64,000 nucleotides of DNA, taken from the NCBI GenBank assembly GCA_951406725.2, contig OX597815.1:156302001-156366000 (forward strand), given 5' to 3'. This stretch comes from Octopus vulgaris (taxonomy: Eukaryota). A model generated the notes under the pieces. It was not told where the DNA came from. It saw only the letters and a program-made list of their open reading frames with translations, and searched no databases. This document shows positions 26,046-38,802 of the stretch, one piece after another. How positions within the stretch are numbered: position 1 is the stretch's first letter; each line of letters opens with the position of its first letter. Position numbers and translations under genes: made by a program.

Positions 26046-28645
26046 ATAATGGATGAAGAAAATGGAAGATGGATTTGGTACAAGTCTTTACTTGGTACGA
26101 TGAAACTGTTCGTTATGGATAAGATTTTGTGCATCATTTGTGTTGTATCGAAACGATCAACATACTGTATAAAGACTAGCCCCAAATTTATCTTCCGTTT
26201 CCTCCATCACTTATTAGTATCTCAACTAACACTGCAAAATTCCTGAAGTAGATCCAGCAGAAATATACTCCAACTGTAGATGACACCAGTTTAGCCCAGC
26301 CCGTGAACGGGCTTTACTCAACAGACTAATTGACTTATACAACTTTACCTCAGAACAAAATTATACGTGTGTGTGTGGGGGGTGTTTGTGTGCATGTTTG
26401 TATGTATGTACACACACACACACACCATATTACAAGAAGATGGACTGAACAGGCTTAAATTCAGATCACTGCAATTGTTTCTGTGCGTTAACATCAGCCG
26501 TTAATTGTTGAGTTTTCACATAATAATTGTCGTGTACCTGCACGTCAACAGGTGAGTGGCTGTGTGCTCCTTTCAGAGTTTAATCTTTTCTTGTACCTGT
26601 AATTGCTTTTTCCTAGCGTGTGATCTTAAATGACTTTTGATCCCTGAAAGGCGATTGAAGAGCTGATCTTATATATGTATATGTATACGTATGTATGTGT
26701 GTGTATCTGTGTGTATTTGTGCACGTGTGTGTATACATATGTGGGTGAGAGTGCGTGCGTGTGAATATGTGAGTGTGTGTGTGTGTGTGTGTATGTGTGT
26801 GTGCGCGCGTAACGTTGCAATAGTACACCAGTTAAGCCGAAACTTCTATACATACATACCCGCTTCCTGTAAATGTGTATATATATGAGTGTTTATATAT
26901 GAGCATATCTATGAATGTACGCACACACATATACATTCTAGATATGTACAGCTGTTTTTTGTTGTTTTTGTTTTGTTTTATTTACTGCATTGATAGTTTT
27001 GCATTTGTGACTAATCTCTGCTACAATTCTACGCTGCTATAGTATATAAAACCAACACAAATTAATAAGTAAAAACAAATAACGACCTTGCCAAGATTTG
27101 AATTATTCGACTTAGTCTATATTTATTTCTTCTGCACTCTAACACCGATCAATGTTCTTGCTTCTAAGTCCATCAGGCTGAAAATTTATAGAACTCTTAT
27201 AATTCACTGACCTCTACTTGTAATATTTGCATTAGTGTTTGGCACGATATCTGTTGAGCCAGAAATTTGATGATAGAGGTAAATATGAATTTAATGTTTG
27301 AAAATATGGATTTATTTGGAAGATTATGCTACCGTATATACAAACTATAAAACTTTTGCGTTGTAGCACTCCACTACCGTTAGACCCAACATGCAACCTG
27401 GTTTATATTACAGTTTAAAGTAATTACGCTTCACATACATTGAAATACTTGTGTGGCACTCATAATCGTTACAGCCTCCTAGTTCTTAAGGATTGGATGA
27501 TATTTCCTGTATATTGCTCCAACTTATAAACAGCCCATATCGTGATGACAAATGCCTACTTAATATCCTATAGAAAGCTTAAATAGCTATATTTCAAGAA
27601 AATATCAATATATATTAATGGAATTCTAATATTATCATGTCAGCTTAAAATCACGGTAGCTATTTATATGGAAGTGACACAATAGTCTTGGTGTTGTTAA
27701 TGCTGATATAATAACTGTCCCCATCATTATAATAACTTCAAACTTTCTTAGAGTACAGTTTAATCTTTATTTAAATCTAGATACAGCTATAAATAGTTTG
27801 TTATAATGGATTTATGCGCAAGTTGATGGAGTCGTGGTACAACGCTAAGCTTTGATATGTTAGGTAGCGGATTCTCTCCTTGCAAGCAATTGTTGTCCTC
27901 CATCAGTGTCGGAGATATATTTTTAATTAATTAGGTAACTCAGCTTGATTAGTTTGGATGTGAGAGTACAGATGGTAAACCAACAATAAATGAAAATAAT
28001 GGATTTTGTATAAGTTTTTTGACGGCCGTACATAGTTGGACAATTTACCAGTAAATAGTGCTTTCCTCTAAAAGTTATTTACTATCTTCTTCACGAAAGA
28101 GTTCAGGGTTAAATATGGTATTATTGATACATTTTCATTGGAATAGTGAAGAAGTTATATTCATCATTTATAAACACACAAAAACTTAACTTCATTAGAT
28201 ATTTATTATTTAAATTTTAATCGCATTAACTGCATCATGGTCGTTGACGGAGTTGCACTGAGATTAGTTAACTGTGCGTTTGTTTGTTTCAATTGGCTAA
28301 TATGTGTCTTCTATGTTGTAATTGTTTTGCTTCCAATACACAATCTCAGATCAAATCACTTTCCTGGTAAGGAAATACCTTCGAATAGAAGATGATATAC
28401 TGTATATATACGCACACACGCACACGCATATACACACGCGCGTGGTGTGTGTAGGTATGTATGCATTGGAAGCCACTTGCCTTGTTTACTATGTAATGAA
28501 ACAGTGAACAAGATAACATGAACCATGTGATAATATTAAGTAAATAAAGGTCCTGACCTCGCTGCGGTAACATTAAAAACATTATCGGTGATTTTAATAA
28601 ACGTAGCAGAAAAAATAATTTTTTGATATATTCTAAATATTTTTA

Positions 28646-28677
28646 GACATGATCATGTTTTCGCTTCGTCAGACGTC
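28646..28677 (-). ncRNA. Hammerhead-like motif lacking stem II
   Basis: Minus strand reads gacgu-CUGACGA-agc-GAAA-acauga-UC-auguc; stem I is 5 bp. Confidence 0.35.
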
Positions 28678-29094
28678 TCTTAAAATATGTGGACACCTTA
28701 TGTCTTATAAATTGATAATAAAGAATGTCCTAAAAATTCTCAGTGCTTATATAACCATCATGTAGAAATTGGAGTAGTACGGGAAGTGTTCAAACACTAA
28801 GAATATATATTCCCATAATTTGCACGTAAAATTCTTCACGGATTTATCAGAATTTATCAGTAAATATAGAATTTATATTAATTCATATAAATGAGCTATT
28901 ATATTAATGTTACACAAATATGCTATATTTAAAGTCAAGAAGAATGCAATTGCTCTCATTACATTGATACACGATAACTATTTGACCAGTTTATCATTGG
29001 AAAAATACATACCGTTATCTTTTCAAATATTAATAATTTATTAGCTAATCTTCACTTAATTAATCACATCTTGATAGCTAATTATTATATTAGT

Positions 29095-29203
29095 GATAAA
29101 GATAACGAAAACGATGACGACGACGAGTGTAATGAAGATGAATCGATGACAACAACAATGATGATGATGACGGTGATGACGACGATGACGATGATGATGA
29201 TGT

Positions 29204-29248
<45 letters not shown>

Positions 29249-29295
29249 CGAAGATGACGATGGTGGTGATGATGTGTAACGATGAAGCTGATGAA
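29095..29295. repeat. (GAT)n-type repeat
   Basis: Directly visible. Confidence 0.9.
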
Positions 29296-30120
29296 GTCAG
29301 AGATTACAAGCAATCAGTGAGATAATTGAATATTAATACAATTTATCCACAAAAAACAAAACAAAAAAATTAATATCAAATTGAATATTAATACGTCCAG
29401 GACAACACGACCTTCTTACACCTGTTTATTAAACCTGTTTATCTTTAGAATATTAGAATAAATGACGTAATTGTACTCTTGCTGTTGTTGTGTTGTTATA
29501 ACTACACTCCACGTATTTGTTTACTTTATATAGTTATTTTATATATTCATATTGCATCTGTGCAGTTTTATATATAATGTTATATAGATATGCAAATAAA
29601 AATTGTAATAACAACAACAAAAACAACAACAACAGCAATGATAATAATAACAAGAGCATTCTGAGAGCGCAAACCACCGCCAAGGCAACACCAACGTCAT
29701 CCCAACGATTAGCCAGAGACGATTTTCAAAATGCGAATATCTGAAATAATCTCGACTGCTCTCACAACCAAGAATAGTAAACATGAACCCGATCGCTCCA
29801 AAAAGTTGAGTGAAAAAAAAAAGAAACGGAAAAATAATCAAGTCTCCTTGTCCGATACCTGATCGATCTCATTTGTAATCATGGAATATGAAGGTGACTA
29901 GAAAATTTAATTACAGTAATAAATAGTTTATCCTTATCGTATACAAGCCAACGATAACAAATTCAAAATAGTTTCAAAGGTGGAAGTAATAATAAGTTCT
30001 ACTCAGGAATTTTTAGATGGATAGCATGAGATCTTTTAGTCTTCTCGTCTCTTAAACTCCGGCCTTCCTTTAGCATTCCTGCTGTTTTAGATCGATGTAT
30101 GGATGTATGTTATATATGTA

Positions 30121-30428
30121 AGAAATCTCAAGACTCGTGCGTATGCACAACAGCCGCGTACATTGGCCGATTTGAAGGAAGCTATTCGCGTGGAAGTCAC
30201 CCAAATCAACAGAGCAATGCTGGAGAGAGTGGAAGCCAACTTCCAAGAACGCCTTCAGAAGTTCATTGATGAAAACAGACACCACATGAGGGATGTTGTT
30301 TTCCATACTTGATTTTGACAAATGCTAATTCAAAACGAACACATTGTTGTCAATAAGATTTGTTTACAGCAAAATTTTATGATTTTGTGAATTTTTCAAA
30401 AACATACGTCCTCTCTGTCCCAACCCGT
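30121..30428 (+). mobile_element. Tc1/mariner-superfamily transposase C-terminal fragment with right terminus
   Basis: LKTRAYAQQPRTLADLKEAIRVEV...RAMLERVEANFQERLQKFIDENRHHMRDVVFHT* resembles the LKxxVYxxxPxTxxxLKxxI...NFxxRLxxCIxxxGxHxxDxxF C-terminus. Ends in ...cccaacccg-TA. Confidence 0.78.
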
Positions 30429-30745
30429 ATATAAATATTATAGAAAATAAGCGAAGGGAAATAACATAGAGTGACCAGCGGTGTGTATATAGACAATACA
30501 GGCAACAAATACAGGTATATCAAATAGCACAGAGCATAATCTTTCGATTTATTAAAATCATCTCTGCTACTATGTGTTGTTCCCCAAATACAAAATAGCA
30601 GTTGAGAACATGAGGAGAGGTGATCTCAAAATTGAAGAACTTTTCAAAGTGGACATAAAATTAAGGAAAACTATAAACACAATATCTGGAAATATGAAGG
30701 CAGTGGTGGACGCTTTAGTAGATATCAACAGCGCGAGATATGTAT

Positions 30746-30782
<37 letters not shown>

Positions 30783-30998
30783 TTTGTATCTGTTTATGTA
30801 CGTGGGCGTTTATCGTTCCCTGTTTCAAATAGAATATGTACGCATAAGCACACAAATGCAAATTTGATGAATAGAGCTGGTTACATACTATTCTCTAGTT
30901 ACAAAGCATTCTAATGAGCAGTATATACAAGTGTATAATTACTTTATAGTGATTTGTAGATTTTTTATATCTGTGTGAGTGTATATAATATACGCACA

Positions 30999-31041
<43 letters not shown>

Positions 31042-31286
31042 TTATATAAATAAGGATAAGATCGTTATTTAAATATCGAGCTTATCAAGTGGTCAGCATG
31101 GGAATAAATACTTTCAAAGGTAATAATTATTATTAAAATTACATTTAGGCTATCTAAGAAATACCACCACGCTTGAAATAGCAGCCAAAACTTGATTCTA
31201 AAACCACATTAAAAGTTCATACAGCACCAGGAAAGAAGTCAAAAAGACAAAATATACGAGCAAAAATAAATACTTTTAATAATAAT

Positions 31287-31363
<77 letters not shown>

Positions 31364-31502
31364 ATATGTATATATATGTGTGTGTGTGTGTTTGTATATA
31401 TATATATATATATGGGGTGGGGCGCGGTATGTATGTGTCGATCGACAATACATCATAAATCCGAAAGAGAAGCACAGTCTAAGATATAGGGGCCACCGGC
31501 CA

Positions 31503-31568
31503 TTAGGGTCTGACGAGACGTATGTAAAACTAAGCGCTTTACGGACACGAAATCCTGGATAACCCTGG
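31503..31568 (+). ncRNA. Type-I hammerhead with intact core
   Basis: uuagggu-CUGACGA-gacguauguaaa(acuaagcgc)uuuacggacac-GAAA-ucc(u)gga-UA-acccugg. Stem I is 7 bp (2 GU); the base of stem II is partly mismatched. Confidence 0.7.
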
Positions 31569-31619
31569 GAACCGGCCACATCTATCTTTCTCTAAATACA
31601 TGCGCGCGCGCACGTGTGT

Positions 31620-31915
31620 GAGAGAGGGTTTATGGCCAAGTGGTTAAGGAGTACTCACAATCGTGAGATGATAGCTTCAGTTCCTATACCGGGTAGTGCG
31701 TTATCTTCTTAACCTAAACACATCATCTCACGTTGCTCTACGATCACTTCGATGCCTGATTTGTGGTACTTGCTCAGACAACATCGGTTTCATAGAAAGA
31801 TTCAGCTAATAGGCAGCATGAACATTTCTTTACTATAAGCAAATCATTTCTGCAGGTGGTTCAACAAGCTGAACGTTTATAAGTAGACTTACATCGTCTT
31901 CGACGGAAGAGTCCA
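31620..31915 (+). mobile_element. SINE family C
   Basis: tggccaagtggttaagg head; catctcacgttgctct body shared with 22409-22680. Confidence 0.7.
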
Positions 31916-31928
31916 TTATATATATATA

Positions 31929-32048
31929 TTGGCCTGCTCACTTAGCCAGCGGGGTGGCGTCATTCGAAGGCTAAAACAATGCGAATGCATTGTGACCAGC
32001 GATGTGTAACTACATCTGATGGACTGGTCGGTCACGTGATCACGTGAT
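31929..32048 (+). mobile_element. About 120-bp structured repeat embedded in (TA)n (copies at 54434-54556 - and 59233-59354 -)
   Basis: Three copies align by eye with high identity and the same boundary, (TA)n|ttggcctgctc. Confidence 0.85.
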
Positions 32049-32062
32049 ATATATATATATAA

Positions 32063-32365
32063 TGGACCAGTTACTGCAACAGCCTGGGTTTCAGGGGCCC
32101 ACAGCTTTTTAATATTCTCCTAAAGAGTCTGAGGAACCTGCACAAAGTAGATGCAGGGATTTTTTTCAATCAAAGCTGGACCTCTTCCTGTCGAGTGTCC
32201 AAGATGAACCTACCTCACGGCAAGAGGTGCAAATGAGGGTAGCTATATCAAAATCCATTCTTCACCAAGTGCCACATATTAGAGGAGGCTGTTAGTAATA
32301 ACAGTGTAGCAAAATGGCCGTGCATCACCATGACGCAGCTCTGAGCTGAAACTGGAGAGAAAACA
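32063..32365 (+). mobile_element. CR1/L2-group LINE 3' end (ORF2 C-terminus with one frameshift, plus 3' tail)
   Basis: YCNSLGFRGPQLFNILLKSLRNL...F/QSKLDLFLSSVQDEP...SKSILHQ...* fits the NSxxxRGPxLFNxLPxxxRN...FKxxLDxFLxxVPDEP motif of CR1-group ORF2 ends. Confidence 0.75.
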
Positions 32366-32372
32366 TATATAT

Positions 32373-32419
32373 CTTCCTGAAGATTTCATCTGAATGAAAC
32401 AGTTCTAGTCCTGTAGAAG
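32373..32419 (+). ncRNA. Type-I hammerhead with intact core
   Basis: cuuc-CUGAAGA-uuuc(aucu)gaau-GAAA-cag(uucuaguc)cug-UA-gaag. Followed by aataaa and (TA)n. Confidence 0.7.
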
Positions 32420-32507
32420 CTCCTTCTATAAAATAAATTACTTTACTCTGCTATGTATTGAGTACCTTATTTACTGTGGTTAACCCCGACTCAACCCGGG
32501 ACCTACA

Positions 32508-32548
<41 letters not shown>

Positions 32549-32654
32549 CTATTCATTTGTTAAATTTTAATTTATATAAATTATTTTATATTTTATGTAT
32601 TGGCTTAAGTCTTTCTTTGATTGATTTGCATAATAGTGGTTTTGTCTCTAATTT

Positions 32655-32687
<33 letters not shown>

Positions 32688-33193
32688 CTCCTTACAAACA
32701 AGCACATACATAAATATATGCATGTATACAAACACCCAGCGAAATACAGACAAAAATATAACCATATGATGATTAGATAATGATTATCATAAAACGACTA
32801 TACGTATTGACGTCTGTTTAAATTATGTAATATCAAGATAATTCTTACGTGTAAAGCTATTTGATTAATAGTGTAACAACTATAGAATAGATGTATTTAC
32901 CATGATGTACTCTCATATATGTACTTGCAAGATTCAGCTATAGAATGAATATCGCGTGTATTTCCACAGTAGCATTATCATAGGTGAATGAACATATAAC
33001 GATACATAGAGCAAAGGTCAGAAAAAGCAAAACTAAGGTTACCTCATAACATTTTTGCCTTTGTTTTTAGTATAAACACAAGATTCTAAATGACTGGATA
33101 TAAATAAGGAAAAAAGCATTAATATATGAACGTGTTTGTACAGTAGCATGGAAAGATACACCTTCATGAGATTGAAAATTGTGAGTGTATATA

Positions 33194-33251
<58 letters not shown>

Positions 33252-33435
33252 TTATACATGTATGCATGTGCATATATATGTGTGTGAGTATATCTACGTA
33301 TCTATGTATATGTGTGTATGTATATATATATACATGTTTAATGTATATATTTAACAGACTTTATTCAACTGATATATTATTCTTACAATCACATTTACAC
33401 AAACTCGGAAAAATGTTATATATATATATATATAC

Positions 33436-33469
<34 letters not shown>

Positions 33470-33472
33470 GTC

Positions 33473-33504
<32 letters not shown>

Positions 33505-33661
33505 TGTGTGTATACATATATGCTGTTTCGTTCTTGCTTGACTGAAATAACTTATTTTTTATATTGATTACAAAGTTACTTCTCTTATAACTTTCACATA
33601 TCTCTATTTATATTTTATCTAATATCAATAATATAATGCATCTAATAATAATAATAATAAC

Positions 33662-33707
<46 letters not shown>

Positions 33708-33832
33708 TATATACATGCAAATATGTATGCACATTAAAGTGTAGGTATATGTATTTGTGTATATTTATGTATATGTATGTACATGTATATGTGCGTGTAT
33801 TTATATTTATAACTTAACCTTATGTACTTTCT

Positions 33833-33965
33833 AAAATCTCTGGACGAAGCCTAGAGAAACACCCGAGTACCTCAATTTCATCTACTGATTACTTCAGTCT
33901 ACTGGGAAGATAAATGTAGAATGAGGTATTTTTGCCTCTAGGCTGAAACCGCTGTAAGATATTTT
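33833..33965 (+). ncRNA. Hammerhead with 97-nt stem II and a 1-nt core insertion
   Basis: aaaaucu-CUGgACGA-agccuagag...cucuaggcu-GAAAC-cgcu-GUA-agauauuuu. The base of stem II is 9 bp perfect, extended by gaguaccuca/ugagguauuu and ucuac/guaga. Confidence 0.65.
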
Positions 33966-34609
33966 CCCAATTTCTATTCATGTATGTTATATATTTTAAT
34001 AACCACTGGTATCTTTATACATTATATATGTTAAGCATATTATGTTATACATTTTATTAAATAAATGAATAAATTGACATAATATAATGTCTAAAAGTTG
34101 ATGAATACCACCTATTAATTCCCTCCATTTTCTTATTGCTCTATATATACATATATATATTTCATTAATAAAGCTGCAAAATACATCACAAAAACTGATT
34201 GTGTGCAAGTTAAATTTGTTAGTTTAATAATCTCTTTTAATGACTTGGGCTAGCAGCTGGGCTAAAAACCACGACAGAATCACTGTGCAGTTAAAATTAT
34301 ATCTGTAAGCTGACAGGATTTCGTCTTCTGCAGTGCTTATTAAGTGAACTTCTATGCAACCGATTCCCTTTGAAAAGGAACGGTAGCAGATGCAAGTCAA
34401 AACAATTGTTAAAGTTTATCATTTAATGATATTATTCTTTGAATGTTCGTTTATTGTCCAAAAAGTCGAGATACGTAAGCAATTAAGGATGGAATGAATA
34501 CGGAGCATATTTTTGGAAATTATTTACATTAATGTATTTTTGGCTTTTCTTCTCATCTGTACTTATCTGTACTTCCGTGTTGCTCTTTGTCAATGAAACA
34601 TTAAAAATA

Positions 34610-35137
34610 TTGGGTTGTCTAGAAAGTTCGTGCCAATTTTTAAAGAAAAGAAGAAGGTCAATAAATATTTGCCATTACGTTTTTAATCAACCAAATATGA
34701 ACCATTTTGTTGCACAATTCGTCTCCATCTTTCCTTTAACTTGAAAATACACTCTTCCTAGAATTGAGGTGGTTTCATGGCAAAGGATTCATCAATGTAT
34801 CTTTTTACGTCATCCAAGGAATTGAAATTTTTACTATTCTGCAGAGACCTGAATAGGTGGAAATCAAAAGGAGCAATATCTCGTGAATAGGGAGGGTGGG
34901 ATAACACATTCCAGCCGAACCAGTTTCTGTCTGGTTTTCAAAGCATCAATTACCGAAAATGAACTTTCTTATCTTCCACAGATTATAGGAACATAAACCT
35001 TCTTCCACGAAAAGATAGCTTAAACTGTGCTCTAAATGGAGGTGTAGTCAAATCCTATTTTATGGACTCAACCATGTTCTAAAATAAGTCGAAAAGTAAG
35101 CTACTATAAATCGGCACGAACTTTCCGGTCAACCCAA
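34610..35137 (-). mobile_element. Internally deleted mariner element with TIRs and TA target duplication
   Basis: TA|ttgggttgtctagaaagttcgtgccaattt ... aaatcggcacgaactttccggtcaacccaa|TA. Minus strand WNVLSHPPYSRDIAPFDFHLFRSLQN matches the mariner YSPDLAPxD motif. Confidence 0.92.
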
Positions 35138-35523
35138 TAGTATTATGGTGTAAGTGTGAAAGAAAGAGAAACTAAAGATGATACAGCAGTGCTTTAAAAC
35201 CTATTCACCTGAAGATGCGCATATAAACAGCTATTTTTCACTAATATTATTGCTTATCTTATATATGTTACATTTAATAATTAGCAGCTGATAATGATGC
35301 GTTGAAGCAATTATAGTGACTTGTAATAATCTTCTCGTGTTAAAATTCGGATACTTGCGGATTTCCTCATGTATGTCTAGTAAAAGAAATAGATCTACTG
35401 TATTATAGAATCTGGTGGTCGATACACGGAGAGAAAGAAGCTTTGGAAAGCATACTATAAGGTTATTACTCAAAGTGTGTCTGTGAGTGTGTGTATGTGT
35501 GTGTGTGTGTGTGCGTGTATATT

Positions 35524-35850
35524 GTGAAGGCACATGGATTTGTGGATAGAGCGTCGGGCTCACACTCATGAGGTAGTGAGTTCGATTCCTGGGCGGGACT
35601 GTGTGTTGTGTTCTTGAGCCAACGCTTTATTTTACCTTGCTCCAGTTCACTGGGCCGTAGAAATGAGTTGTGACGTCATTGCTGCCACGCTATATAGTAC
35701 TTTGCCTGCTACCTTGGATAATAACATCGGTGGCGTGAAGAAGGGAGGCTGGTATGCATGGGCGACTGCTGGTCCGCCATAATCAGCCATGCCCGGACCT
35801 GTGCCTCGGACAGTAATTTTATAGGTGTAATCCCATGGTCTTTCATGTGT
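35524..35850 (+). mobile_element. tRNA-derived SINE related to family C (different 3' body)
   Basis: B-box gagttcgattcc; gtgttgtgttcttgagc...ttgctccagttcact body. Confidence 0.65.
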
Positions 35851-36129
35851 GTATACACAAACACACACACACACACACGAACTCACACGAGACAAATAAA
35901 AACTATTACTTCCAATCGAGTGCAACTTGGAAGCGTTTACAATGTTTTTGCTAATTGTTTTCAGTACATATGTACTCCTTAACAGGTATATAGACTTCGC
36001 AATCTCTCAATCGTCCCGGCTTTCACCAACCGGAACATGTATTATGTGACATTACAATAAAAACAAGTTTACGCCAGCGCTTGCATCGTATTCATTTCAT
36101 TTCTGTAGGATGGAAAAACGTGTAATCTT

Positions 36130-36131
<2 letters not shown>

Positions 36132-36172
<41 letters not shown>

Positions 36173-36184
36173 CTATCTAGATAG

Positions 36185-36225
<41 letters not shown>
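36132..36225. repeat. Perfect 94-bp palindrome built from (CT)n(ATCT)6|(AGAT)6(AG)n
   Basis: Counted directly; centre of symmetry between 36178 and 36179. Confidence 0.9.
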
Positions 36226-36330
36226 TGTTAATAAAGGAAGATTTCGAAGTTCTTCACAGGTAGGTACTTCTACGTCAGAGATTGGTGCCTATAAATATTT
36301 TGAACCCCTTTACCGCTTGTTACGTTAATG

Positions 36331-36572
36331 TTTTACTCTTTTACTTCTTTCAGTCATTCGAATGCGGCCATGTAGGAGCACGGCCTTTAGTCGAGCAAAT
36401 CGACTCCAGGGCTTAATCTTTGTAAGCCTAGTACTTATTCTATCGGTTTCTCTTGCCGATCCACTATGTAGACACGGGGACGTAGACACACCACCATCGG
36501 TTGTCAGACGATGGTGAGGGACAAACACTGACACACACATACACAAACACGCACACACACACACACACACAT

Positions 36573-36656
<84 letters not shown>

Positions 36657-36818
36657 TACAGCTTCCTTTCAGTTTCCGTCTCCCAGATACACTCACAAGG
36701 CTTTGATCGGCTCGAAGCTATTGTAGAAGATACTTGTGCAAAGTGCAACTAAAACCCTTCAAGGCGGTGCTCCAGCATGGCCACAGTCTAATGACTGAAA
36801 CATGTGAAAGAATAAAGG
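36331..36818 (-). mobile_element. SINE family A (minus, 5'-truncated, 36331-36747) followed by a plus-strand tail fragment (36750-36818)
   Basis: Matches 22791-23240. Confidence 0.85.
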
Positions 36819-37119
36819 AATCAAAGATTACACACACACACACACTCATAGGTATATATATATATAAAAGGTAATGTGTAGATATGTACGTACATGCATA
36901 CATATGTACATACATGCATACATACATGCATACATATGTACATACATACATGCATACATATGTACATACATGCACACATACGTACATACATGCATACATA
37001 TGTACATACACGCATACATACATTCATACATACATAGGCACGTACGTATATACACGTGTCTAGGCCTCTGTCTATATATGACAGCGTATGTATGTTTATA
37101 CATATGGATTTATAAAGAC

Positions 37120-37186
<67 letters not shown>

Positions 37187-37734
37187 CAGCAGTAGTGGCA
37201 GTAGTGCAATTGTATATAAACACATCTGAATGAAATAAGAGTGAGCCAGTCGATGAAAGTTTGTTCTGAAAGAAATCGTTAAAATAATCGAAAGAGTGAA
37301 ACAGGATGTAGAAATTAAAGCTATGATTGATAGAGCACGAAGGATTGCTAACAGGATTCGATCAATGCTCTTGATCAACCATATAAAAACTGGGGTGTTT
37401 AAAAATAAAGTGTGTATTGCACTGTAATTGCGCGCACGTGTGTATGAATGGGTTGTATGCGTAAGTGCATGCGTGTGCATGCGTGTGCATGTGTAAAGAT
37501 ATACATACATACATACATATATATATATAAATATATATCTATATCTATATTTATATATATATATATACACATATACAGAAGCACACGCATATGTATATAC
37601 AGGAACATACACGCATATATATATATATATACGCACATACACATCTATAAACTTATACACACAAACATACATGTATATATATGTATATATAATGTAGATA
37701 GATAACCAGATGGACGAACGGACAGACAAGTACG

Positions 37735-37780
<46 letters not shown>

Positions 37781-37784
37781 TAGA

Positions 37785-37881
<97 letters not shown>

Positions 37882-37882
37882 T

Positions 37883-37940
<58 letters not shown>

Positions 37941-38303
37941 CACACAGACAGTCAGTCAGACAGACAGACAGATAGATTGATAGGTGTTCATACATACAAT
38001 TGCGGAAACGCGTGTGTAAATGCGTGTCTTGTGAATGTGCGTGTTGGTTGTATGCATGTCTATTCTCATGTCTAACGATGACGCTTATATTGATTTTTCT
38101 CACGAAGAAAGAAACATATTCCAGATTTGTTGGGGGTGTATTGTAACTTTTATGCCTTTCCTCTATGTAATTAGCGAATTCATTCAGGGGAAATATACTT
38201 TTCGCAAATGCTTAAACTGTATTATTACAAGCTCGGTTCATGTGGATTAGTCCCTTTACTTCTCTATAGTCTATTATCTATGTTGTCTTTCCTTTGCATA
38301 AAG

Positions 38304-38643
38304 CAGTGGTCCTCAACTAATGTCCATTATAGACCTCCGAGAGTCCATATAAATTTTTGGGGAGTCCATGCAACAAAATAGTGAATTGGCGATCCACAGT
38401 AGTATTCTAAGGGTCCTTTAAAAAGTTTGCTTTAGATGTATACATTGGTATGTATTGCAAGAGACAGCTAGGTTTTCTTTAAGACTTTACATAGATCAAC
38501 CTACACAAGTTAATATATGAAAAACAAAATAGGAATGTTGAAAGAAGTTTCTATAAAAGAAGTTTTAAATATCAAATGGGGATTCACCAGAATAAAATAA
38601 TAATCAAAGAAGTCCCTTGATAAGAAATGGTTGAGAACCCCTG
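38304..38643. mobile_element. hAT (Charlie-like) MITE
   Basis: TIRs cagtggtcctcaac / gttgagaacccctg. The 8-bp flanks gcataaag and gcacggag match at 5/8, consistent with a decayed TSD. Confidence 0.75.
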
Positions 38644-38802
38644 GCACGGAGCATAAATACTACACGTAATCTAACAATCCTTTTAGACAAGGGATACAGT
38701 GATGTAACAATTTTTTTTTTACAAAATTTTCAATGTGATCCACTGGTTAGGGTTCTTGGGCTTCACTCCGGCGGCCCAGGTGTATGGGAATGTAATGTTA
38801 TA

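Noticed and set aside
35205-35240. CUGAAGA-ugcgca...aaacagcu motif
   Set aside because: Lacks GAAA and stem I.
36821-37945. 374-aa ORF (and similar ORFs such as 9217-9924 and 13572-14006)
   Set aside because: Open only because microsatellite frames lack stops; the translation is LSIY/YVCM/poly-L with no domain.
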